This document shows positions 26,190 to 36,484 of a DNA stretch of 64,000 nt, one piece after another. The translations under genes and the position numbers were made by a program. The notes beneath the pieces were generated by a model. That model searched no databases. It was given only the letters and a program-made list of their open reading frames with translations, and was not told the DNA's origin. Location: positions 86,616,001 through 86,680,000 of the forward strand of contig NC_058368.1 of the NCBI RefSeq assembly GCF_018350175.1. The letters run 5' to 3'. The stretch comes from Felis catus. Its lineage: Eukaryota. The stretch's first letter is position 1; every line of letters begins with the position of its first letter.

Positions 26190-27143
26190 TTATTGCATCT
26201 TTCTGGTCAAAAGCAATCTCTTTCTTGTTAGAACTTTTCTGAAAGCTTTCTTCACATCTTTGTTTCTCAGGGTGTATATGAGAGGGTTTACCAATGGAGT
26301 GACCACACAGTAGAACACTGAGATCACTTTACCAATAGTGAAGTTGTGTGTGGCTGGAGGGCGAACATAAGCAAAGATAATGGTGCCATAATAAATGGTG
26401 ACCACAGTGAGGTGGGAGGCACATGTGGAAAAAGCTTTCCTCTGAGCTTTTTGGGAAGACAGCTTGATTATTGTGACCACAATGTATCCATAGGAAAACA
26501 TAGTGAGAAGGAAAGAACTTAGAATCACAACAGATGTACATGTGTAGCCCAAGGCCTCCACCAAAAATGTATCAGAGCAAGACAGTTTAAAAATGGGGTC
26601 TGAGTCACAAAAGAAATGGTTGATCTTCTGGGGGCCACAGAAGCTTAGATGGGAGATGAGTATAGTAGGTAGCAGAGGGGCAATGAAGCCCCCAATCCAT
26701 GATCCAGCTGAAAACCGCAGGCACACCCGAAGACTCATGAGAAGTGAATACCTTAAAGGGCTGCAGATGGCCAGGTACCGGTCATAGGCCATCACTGCGA
26801 GCAGGATGCACTCTGTAGCTCCCATGGAGAAAAAGAAGTAGTACTGGGTTATACAACCAAAAACAGAGATGGTAACAACCCGTGCGAGGCAGGTGGCCAG
26901 CAACTTAGGCACCGTGGCTGTGGTGTACCAGATCTCCAGGAATGACAAATTTCCTAAAAAAATGTACATGGGTGTTTGGAGTGTGACATCCGTGAGAACA
27001 ATGAAAATAATAAGAGTGTTTCCCATGAGGGAGAGCAGATACACAGTGAGAAATATCACAAACAAAGTTAGCCGCAGATAGAGAACACTAGAAAACCCAA
27101 GAAAAATGAACTCTGTCACTGCTGTTTGGTTTGTCCCATCCAT
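26190..27143 (-). CDS. Intact olfactory receptor, class II, OR6/OR11-family-like (317 aa, intronless CDS)
   Basis: N-glycosylation sequon NQT; GN in TM1; LQTPMYIFLGNLSFLEIWYT; MAYDRYLAICSPLRY; INHFFCD; LSCSDT; KAFSTCASHL; PLVNPLIYTLRNKDVK; no frameshift or stop. Confidence 0.97.
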   Translation of the reverse strand: MDGTNQTAVTEFIFLGFSSVLYLRLTLFVIFLTVYLLSLMGNTLIIFIVLTDVTLQTPMYIFLGNLSFLEIWYTTATVPKLLATCLARVVTISVFGCITQYYFFFSMGATECILLAVMAYDRYLAICSPLRYSLLMSLRVCLRFSAGSWIGGFIAPLLPTILISHLSFCGPQKINHFFCDSDPIFKLSCSDTFLVEALGYTCTSVVILSSFLLTMFSYGYIVVTIIKLSSQKAQRKAFSTCASHLTVVTIYYGTIIFAYVRPPATHNFTIGKVISVFYCVVTPLVNPLIYTLRNKDVKKAFRKVLTRKRLLLTRKMQ

Positions 27144-27160
27144 ATCTCATTGTTTCTGAT

Positions 27161-27178
27161 CTGAAATAAGCCAACAAG
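27161..27178 (-). promoter_or_regulatory. Putative 3' splice acceptor of the OR coding exon
   Basis: Minus strand reads cttgttggcttatttcag|atcagaaacaatgagatATG, 17 nt before the ATG, the usual OR arrangement. Confidence 0.6.
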
Positions 27179-28668
27179 TCCAGAATATGGCATATGAGCA
27201 AGAATGGAATATTTATTTATTTATTTATTCATTATTTCATTATAAACCTAGACTCAATAATAATAAAAATTGCTAAAAGAAACATTTTGAATTTTTATAA
27301 AAATTTTCCCTGAATTAGTTCACTTGATTTACAAAATAATTTTCCATAGTAAATAGTATAATAATTCATTTTTAAAGGAAAGAAACTGAGCTAGAAAATA
27401 TATTTCTCACAGTTACATCCCTTTAAGTGATGTAACTTAAAACAGCAAGGTAGGTTGTTTTAAAAGACCATAGTACCAGCTAATACATCAAATGTGGCTG
27501 CTGGAAGAACATGGCTTTATTCCACCACTGAGTATTTCACATACTTGCATTAGAAAATGGTGAAGGTTAGATCTGCAACATATAGATCAGGAGCTAGTGG
27601 ATGGGGTGGAACTCTTATAATGGAACTCGTAGGCATAGCTGTTGTCTTATGACAATAAATGTATTAACTTTGTGACCCCTGTTATACACCGTCATATAGG
27701 GTTTGGTTGGAGATTGATAGACAAGTAAGTTCTATCTCCAGAAAATAAGAGTAAGATTCTACAATTGTGTGGAAATAATTTTTTGTAAGTATTCCTTTAA
27801 ACTTCCTAATTTTGGCTTTGTTTATTTTTAGAGTCATTCCATTCACTAATTTTCCTGCATAAGTTAGGAACAGTGAAGAAAATAACTTTGAAGTCAGAAA
27901 TTCTTTCATTCTTCAAGGAACATAGAGTTTGTTTCCATTGAATCATTAATGTGAAATAACATTTAATATAAGATATTACTAAGTGTACAATATAGTATTC
28001 AAAATTGTAGTTTTTTAACTTTTCCTACCAAAATATATAAAAAAAAATAGGCTTAGAACTTATAATTTAAGAAAACAGTTGGAGGAAAGAAGTGGGACTA
28101 TTTTAAACTGAACATTTTTCCTGAGTTTGATTCTTTATTTCCATAAGAAAAATATTAACATTTAGATGATAAGTGTAAGATCAAAAGTCCAAAGTATTTG
28201 TTATTGCTTTTATAAAATAATTATTTAATGGACATTTTTCTCCCAGTATTAATATAAAATGAATAAATAACTGTTTGAAAAAGAATATCAATAGAGCTGT
28301 GACAAAAGAATCAGGTCTACATCATCCCAAAGAGAAAAAATTCCTTTTCTCTTTTGAAAAGTTATCATGGTTATTTAATTCTGCCTTTATTAAAAATAGG
28401 GTTACACATGTTATATATAACTGTTAGAGGAAACTTGGTGGTAGAAAAAATTAATTTTAAATCATTTAATGCTTTTATACAAATAAAATATTTAAATACA
28501 AAGATAAACTTACATGTTTTTAAGATTAGTTTATATATTTAGTTTATATTATTTCATATGTCTATAAGTTTATATAATTTATATTATATATATTTATATA
28601 TTTAATAGTTTAAAATTCTTCAAAATTTAAAATTTAATGTATAAATTGTTGAAATTTAGTTATAGTGC

Positions 28669-28859
28669 TTTTTTTAAGCTTATTTTTTGAGAAAGAGAAT
28701 GAGAATGAATGCCGGAGGGGCAGAAGGAGAGAGTGAGAATCCCAATCAGGATTTGTGCTGTCAGTGCAGAACCTGACATGGGGATTGATCCCATAAACTC
28801 ATGACCTAAGCCAAGATCAAGAGTTAGGAGGTTTAACAGACTGAGCCACCTAGGTACCC
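28669..28859 (-). mobile_element. CAN-SINE in the putative OR intron
   Basis: tttaacagactgagccacctaggtaccc head; TSD ttatagtg(c/g)tttt. Confidence 0.9.
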
Positions 28860-29037
28860 TTATAGTGGTTTTGATTTCTAAGCTATGCTTGCCTATTCTA
28901 CATGCCAAATCAATGTCTGAGAAAGAATATTGTCCCATACTGCAGAAATATCCAAAATTATAAAAGTACTATTAAGTAACTCCACTACTATCTAGGCAAG
29001 TGAAACATAGTACAGAGCATATCCGAGGTGTACTCAC

Positions 29038-29170
29038 AGCCTTTATTCTGTTCAGTTATTTTTCAGGAATTGAATTTTATTAGTTAAATGTTCTTTAAAT
29101 GTTTCTTTTCAGCAAGCTGTATATTAGAGCACTCTACATTCAGTTTGTCCATAAGGGAAATAAGCTAAGT
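29038..29170 (-). other. Putative non-coding exon 1 of the OR gene
   Basis: GTGAGT donor on minus strand (actcac 29032-29037) and TATAAAAG at 29195-29202 upstream; start site inferred. Confidence 0.4.
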
Positions 29171-29510
29171 AATCGCCCTGCTATTTTATTGGCCCTTTTA
29201 TACCATCTATGCAATAAAGAACATATTCCCTGTGTGTATTTTTTTTCTCAAATTTTGTATACCCAATAGCCAGAGTGCAGAAAAAAGCATGGTCTGAAAT
29301 CGCCCTTGTGAGAAGTGTTAGAATTTAATTAACACTGAGGTCTGGAAATTTGCCTTGTGGCTTCCATGTACATTCCCTGAGGACTTCCCTTTGGATAGTA
29401 TCAGAGACTCTCCAGTTAAGACCAAAGAATAAACAAAGCAACTATGAGAAACATTAAAAAGGTCTTTATAGAAACTGAAGGAATAGCCTTCTGAGTGGCT
29501 TCATTAGTTG
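29140..29510 (-). promoter_or_regulatory. Putative OR promoter (TATA-like, O/E-like and homeodomain sites)
   Basis: TATAAAAG 29195-29202; tccctgagga 29374-29383; tccctttgga 29386-29395; ACCTTTTTAATGT 29451-29463; TAATGA 29501-29506. Confidence 0.5.
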
Positions 29511-30289
29511 CTACTGCCTGTGGTATTCACCATTCATTTATGAGTATAGAATTGTATCTTTCAACATTTCAGCCACCATAGGCATGCCCAGAATATAGTA
29601 TTCCCTGGCTGCAAAGTACATACTAGATCAGCATTGAAAAGTTTTGTTTTTGTTTTTGTTTGTTTTTTTAGTAACAGAGTACAAAAAAAAGACAAAAGTA
29701 AACACTGACTTGGAATCATTTTATAACAAATAACTAAGAAAGCATTACCTAAGTATGTAAAAAACAATGCTGCCTATTATGTAGATTCCAAGGTTAAGCC
29801 GTTTCCCAGAAGTTTTAAGTACAGGACCATAGAGAATATATGCAAAGAGTATGAAAATATGACAAACTTTGCATCAGAAGGTAAGAAAATGGTAATCTAA
29901 ATAAGTAAATAAAATAAGTCTGGGTGGTATCCTCATATATGTTATAATAAGGGAATTTACTGTATAAGTTTGAGCTTGTTCAAATTATTCAAGAAAAAGT
30001 ATGTTTTGTTCATCATGTTGCTTTGTGAACATTGGTAATCCCACATATATGCATATAAATATATATATATATATATATTAAAAACTCACATTGTATGCAA
30101 AAATCCCAAGAAAATCAAACACTTATTTAATAAAGAATGAAATTGTTAACAGTGGTTATCAACGTGTAAGTGGAAATCACCAAGGAGACACTTGAAAAAT
30201 GCTAATTATCTAAGGATGCCAAATACTGTACCAAGGTATTAGTTATGTTCTTACTGAGAATAATTTTCCAAAAGGTGATGAGAGGTAAA

Positions 30290-31400
30290 CTTAAAATAGA
30301 TTTTGGAACTATATTTGGTATATGATGGAATACACCTATTGTAAGTGTAGATTTCAATATTCTGGCAAATATATAAATGTATGTAACTACAACCACATTC
30401 AAGGTATATAGTCTTCAGAAAGTTTTATCATGCCTCATGCACTCAATTATTATTTTTTTTTCATTTAGAACCAAGCAATCACTGCTTTCCTTTTTGCTAT
30501 CATAGCTTAGCTAATTTTTTTCTGGGTTTTCATATATGCACAATCGTAAAGCATGTATTTCTGGTGCTGGACTTACTTCATACAGTATAATAAATTATAG
30601 ATTGAATTTATGCTGCTTATGTATTTCATAAGCCTATTTCTTTTTAGTGCTGAGTTGTATTCCCTTGAATAAATATAGCAAAATTTAATCATCCATTAAC
30701 TTTTATAGATTTTGATGTCCATTCCTATTTTGGTTTAAGAAGAATAAAGCTGCTTTGAACTCTCATGTACAAATCCTTGGCAAAAATGTGTTTCCTTTAA
30801 TTTGAATAAATAGCAATGAGTATAATTGCAAGATTATATGGTAAGTGCCATTTAACATTCCCCGGTAGTGATAGCTCTGTTCTGCACATTCTCCCCAACG
30901 CTTACTATTGTCCCTATGTAATTTTAGATGTTCTGATGAGTGTGTAGGTATCTTATGTCTCACTTTGAAATTTTCTGATAATTAATGATAGAATTTTTTC
31001 ATGTGTTCACTGACCATTACAATGAAACTTAAGTATTCATATGTGGTATACATTTGTAATTGGGTTATTTTCTCACATATTATTGCATTGTTGTAGTTCC
31101 ATTTAAAATGTGTATATGTATGTTTTGGATATGTGCATGTGAGTATATTTTCTTCAAATTTTGACTTCCTTACTTATTTCTTTAACAAAGTCTCCTAAGG
31201 AGCAAAAGGTTTTTAATTGTCATGAAGTCAATGTTATCATTTTTATCTTTCAGGGTTTATGCTTTTTGGTATGTGATTTATATCAGGATTAGTCTACTCT
31301 AAATTATGATGATTTCTTCTATTATTTTCTCCTAGAAAAATTACAGTTTTATATTTTAAATTTAGGTCAATAACTCTTTTCTAGTGAATTTTCTGCATGG
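30290..31400 (-). mobile_element. Ancient L1M-type 3' end
   Basis: atgtaactacaaccacattcaaggtatatag...agaataaagctgctttgaac...tttaggtcaataactc; strongly decayed. Confidence 0.65.
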
Positions 31401-32289
31401 CAACTGTTGGGACTTCATCAAGATAAAAAGCTTCTCAACAGCAAAGGAAACAGTCAACAAAACAAAGAATGGAATGGTAGAAGGAAATTGCAAATGACAT
31501 ACCTGATAATGGGTTAGTATCCAAAATCTATAAGAAAATTTCCCAAAAGCAACACCCTAAAAACAAATAATCCAGGGAAGAAAATAAAACAGAAATAGAT
31601 ATTTTTCCAAAGAAAACATCCAGATGTCCCAGAGACACATGAAAAGGTTCTCAACATCACTCATCAGCAGGGATATATATACAAATCAAAACCACAATGA
31701 GACACCACCTCGCACCTTTCAGAATGGCTAAAACTAACAACTCAGGCAACAACAGATGTTGGTGAAGATACAGAGAAAGAGGAATCCTTCTGCATGGCTC
31801 TTGGGAGTGCAAACTGGTGCAGCCACTCTGGAAAACAATATGGAGCTTGCTTAAAAAGTTAAAAATAGAACTACCCTACAAACCATTAATTGCGCTATTA
31901 GGTATTTACCCAAAGGATACAAAAATACTGATTTGAAAGGCACATGCACCCCAATGTTTACAGCAGCATTATAAACAATAGCCAAATTATGGAAAGATCC
32001 CAAATGTCCATCCACTGATCAGTCAATAAAAAGTTATATGTGTATTTGTATATATATGTATGTATATATATATGTATGTATATATATATGTATGTATATA
32101 TATGTGTGTGTGTATATATATGTGTATATACACATATATATAGTGTAATATTACTCTGATTTCAAAAAGAATGGAATCTTAGCATTTGTAACAATGAAGA
32201 TGGAGCTAGAGGGTATTATGTTATGTTAAGAAGAGAGGGAAGCAAACCATAAGAGAGTCTTAACTGTACAGAACAAACTGAGGATTGCT
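31401..32289 (+). mobile_element. LINE-1 ORF2 3' fragment with (TA/TG) microsatellite at 32035-32142
   Basis: gggacttcatcaagataaaaagcttc...aaaatagaactaccctac... Confidence 0.88.
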
Positions 32290-33245
32290 CTATAAAGAAC
32301 TTATCAAACTCGACACTCAAAACACAAACAACGTAGTTAAGAAATGGGCATAGGACAGAAATGGACACTTTTCCACAGAAGACATCCAGATGGCTAACAG
32401 ACACATGAAAAGATGCTCAACATGGCTCATTATCTGGGAGATACAAATCAAAACCACGCTGAGATACTACCTCACACCAGTCAGAGTGGCTAAAATTAAC
32501 AACTCAGGAATTAATAGATGTTGGTGAGGATGTGGAGAAATGAGAACCCTCTTGCACTGTTGGTGGGAATGCAAAGTGAAGCCACTCTGGAAAACAGTGT
32601 AGAGATTCCTCAAAAAGTTAAAAATAGAATTATCCTATGACACAGCAATAGCACTACTAAGAAATTATCCAAAGGATACAGTAGTTCTGGTTCATAGGGG
32701 GACATGTACCACAATGTTTATAGCAGCACTAGCGACAAGTCAAATGATGGAAAGAGCCCAAATGCCCATCAACTGATGAATGGATAAAGAAGATATGGTT
32801 TATATACACAATGGAAAGAATGAAATCTGGCCATTTGCAACAACATGGATGGAACTGGAGGACATTATGCTAAGTGAAATAAGTCAGTCAGAGAAAGTCA
32901 GATATCATACGTTTCCACTCTTATGCAGAATTTCAGAAATTAAACAGAAGACCATGCGAAGGGAAGGAGAAAAATAGTTTCAAAAAGAGAGGGAGGCAAA
33001 CCATCAGAGACTCTTAAATATAGAGAACAAACTGAGGGTTGATGGGGGTGGGCAGGGGAGAGGGGGAAATGGGTGATGTGCATTGAGGAGGGCACTTGTT
33101 CAGATGAGACTTGAGTGTTGTATGTAAGCAGTGAATCATGGGAATCTACTCCCAAAGCCAAGAGAATACTGCATACATTGTATGTTAGCTAACTTGACAA
33201 TTAATTATATTTAAAAAATAAAAATAAAAAAAATAAAAAAAATAA
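32290..33245 (+). mobile_element. 5'-truncated LINE-1 with poly(A)
   Basis: ctataaagaacttatcaaactc...EIWPFATTWMELEDIMLSEISQSEK...gttagctaacttgacaatt then A tail. Confidence 0.9.
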
Positions 33246-33261
33246 GAAAGCCACTTTTTCT

Positions 33262-33998
33262 AAATAAATAAACAAACAAACAAACAAACAAAACAACAAC
33301 AACATTCAGAAATGGGCAGAAGACACAAATAGACACTTTTCCAAAGAAGACCTATAGATGACTTACAGACACATGAAAAGATGCTCGACATCAGGCAAAT
33401 ACAAATCAAACCCATGAACCACAATGAGATGCCACCTCACATCTTCCAGAATGGCTAACATTCACAACACATAAAACAAGAAACAACAGGTGTTGGCAAG
33501 GATATGAAGAAAGGGGAAATCTTTTGCCCTGTTGATGGTAATGCAAATGGGTGCAGCACTCTGAAGAACAACTAGTTTAGTTTTCTTCAAAAACTAAAAA
33601 TAGAACTACCCAAAATGGAGCTAGAATGTAGTATGATAAATGACATAAGTCAATAGAAGAAAAATAACATATGATTTCACTCCTATGTGAGATTTAAGAA
33701 ACAAAACAGATGAACATATTGGAAAGAGGAGGAAGAGAAGATAGAGAAACAAACTAAGAGATTCTTAGAGAACAAACTGAGGGTTGATGGAGGGAAGTGG
33801 GGGGGGATGGGCTAGATGAGTGATGGGCATTAAGAGGGGCACATGTTGTGATGAGCACTAGGTATTATATGTAAGTGATGAATCACTGAATTCTACTCCT
33901 GAAACTGATATTGCACTGTATGCTAATTAAGCAAAATTTAAATTAAAAAAGGAAAAAAAGATAAAAATAAAAAATTAAAATAAATTAATTTTTAAAAA
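33262..33998 (+). mobile_element. 5'-truncated LINE-1 with internal deletion and poly(A)
   Basis: (aaac)n then aaatgggcagaagacacaaatagac; tagaactaccc|aaaatggagctag deletion at about 33612; A tail 33940-33985. Confidence 0.87.
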
Positions 33999-35029
33999 GG
34001 AACCATAAATTGATGAGTTAGAAAATTATCGGATTATACAGAGATCAAAAGATTTTATAATTCAGATATGCTTGCACAAAGCATGGCATAGAAATTAAAA
34101 TGAATGCATGTCTGTAATATATTTTGTTGAAACCTTGACAATATCAAAAGGTGCAAGTATTTAGTTATATGAAGGGATATTTCTTAGAGATCTTTTTAAT
34201 CAAACTATATGTCCACTGATACATCTAAAATGTTTGTACCTCAGCCATGTCAACCTAGATCAAAAAGGAAGAAGGAAATATATTAAAAAGTTTTGAATTT
34301 GGCTATTGTGCAATGGAGCACCTATGAAATCTATGCCATATCAACAGCATTTTTGAGAATTTTAATAAGGGGGAAACACTGTCAGCTTGAGACTGAGAAA
34401 CAGAGAGAACATAAAATGATGAAAGTATGGCAGTTATGAAAATTATCCTGGCTGAAAGCAGGGTGATAACAAATACTTTCAATTGTGTGCTAACTTTTGA
34501 GAAAAAAAAAAGTAAGGTATCAGATGGTGGAACTCAGAGTCAGAAGGCAGAACCAAGAGTGTAGAATGTAAGACAAAGAACACAGAAGACTAAACTAAGA
34601 GCATAGGGAAGCTTAGGGAGGATTTTTCATAGTCATAGAAATTTTTAATTTTTAAAGAAAAAGAGACCATGTATAATAAACATAACTTACCTCCGTGGTA
34701 AGTTTTTTTAAATAGTTTATAGCTAATCAAAAAATTTCAAATAAAACTGAATAGTTTATACTCTAACAATTTTAAAACATGGTTAATAACCATTTCAATA
34801 AATGCTTGTTAAATAAAGGTAACCTCATACCTAAAATTGATGGGTTTCTAAAGTGATAGTAATTTTTTGAAGAATTTCATTTTATTTTTCATTTTTATTT
34901 ATTTTTTGAACATATTTGTTTATTTTTATTGTTTAATATGTAAGTTATATCCCTCTATTATAATACAATCATTTCTTCTTTTTTAAATAACATTTTTTTA
35001 ATAGAAATGGGGGATAAATCAAGGCACCT

Positions 35030-36022
35030 AGTTTTTTTTTTTTTATATTTAACTTTTTTGGTGTTTGTAGATTCACATATAGTTGTAGATTCACATAAAG
35101 AAATGCTTACCCTTTTGGGGTACCTGGGTGGCTCAGTCAGTTAAGTGTCCAACTCTGATTTTGGCTCAGGTCATGATCTCAGGGTTCATGAGATCAGGCT
35201 GCACTTTGGGCTCTGTGCTGACAGCCCAGAACCTGCTTGGATCTCTCCCTCTGACCTTCCCTCACTCATGTTCTGTCTTTCTCTTTCTTAAAAATAAACA
35301 ATAAAAGGTTAAAAAAAGAAATACTTTCCACATTGATAGCATTTAACAAAACTCTAGTAAAATTACACAACCAGAATAATGATATTGATATAGTCATTTC
35401 CAACACCACAAAAACTTGTCATTATGCCCTTCAATAGCAACATTCACTTGTATTCACCTACCCATCCTAAACTCTGGCATGTACTAATATATTCAGCATC
35501 TCTATAATATTTTTAAGGTTAAGAACATTATATAAATAGGATCATAGAGTACATAATCTTTTGATATTGACCTTTGCATCACTTAGCATGAATCCCTTGA
35601 TAAATCAAAGTTTTTGTATGCATCAAGAGATTGTTGCTTTACATTGCTGAGTATTTCATAATATAAATGTAATACTGTTTTATTAACAATTTGTCTATGG
35701 AAGGGCATATAGGTTGTTTCCAGTTTGGGACCGTTTTGAGTTAACTTCTATAAGTATTCTTGCACAGACTTTTCTCTGAACAAAATTAATCAATTCCCTG
35801 GTTAAAATGCCCAGAAGGTAATTACCAAAATGTTGTGATAGACATTTGTTCACTATTTTAAGGAAACTACCTTATCATTGCCCAACGTGATTGTCTCATT
35901 TTACTTTCACATCAGCAGTATGAGAGTAATCTAGCTACTCTGCACCATTCTCAGTATTTTTTATAGCAACTCTTTATTTTAAACATCCTGATAGATGTTT
36001 AATGATATCACATTCTGGTACA
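35030..36022 (-). mobile_element. Ancient L1MC-like 3' end (continues at about 47460)
   Basis: tagattcacatatagttgta; aaaactctagtaaaattacacaaccagaataatgatattgatatagtc resembles the L1MC1/2 3'UTR as recalled. Confidence 0.7.
35118..35318 (+). mobile_element. CAN-SINE
   Basis: ggggtacctgggtggctcagtcagttaag; TSD aaagaaat(g/a)ctt. Confidence 0.92.
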
Positions 36023-36023
36023 A

Positions 36024-36253
36024 TTTTATTTATTTATTTATTTTTAAATTTTTTTATACATTTATTTATTTTTGATAGAGACAGAGCACAAGTGGGGGAG
36101 GGGCAGAGAAAGAAGGAGACACAGAATCCAAAGCCGGCTCCAGACTCTGAGCTGTCAGCACAGAGCCCGACATGGGACTGGAACTCACAAAACGCAAGAT
36201 CATAACCTGAGGTGAAGTCCGACGCTTAACCGACTGAGCCATCCAGGTGCCCC
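36024..36253 (-). mobile_element. CAN-SINE
   Basis: gacgcttaaccgactgagccatccaggtgcccc; flanked on both sides by ttttatttattt. Confidence 0.93.
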
Positions 36254-36484
36254 AGTTTTATTTATTTTTTATTGTTTTCTTTCTTTTTATTTTTTTTTTC
36301 AGACTCTATAACTCTTTAAGTTTGACTTATTAGGGTTGAACTTTGTGAATTTCAGGGTAAGAGCAGGCATTCCCCTGTGGTAAGTGAGCAAAGAAGCATG
36401 ATACAAGTCAATCAATCCAGGATTACAATATGGAGTCTATTAATTTATTTTCATGGTATATTTAGTTACTTTTATTGTACTTTA

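Noticed and set aside
26329..27081. Alternative-frame and antisense ORFs overlapping the OR
   Set aside because: Short shadow ORFs with no recognisable motifs.
34684..34704. aacttacc-tccgt-ggtaagtt hairpin / back-to-back splice donors / U1-like 5' end
   Set aside because: Only an 8-bp stem, no further U1 similarity and no supporting exon evidence; compatible with chance.
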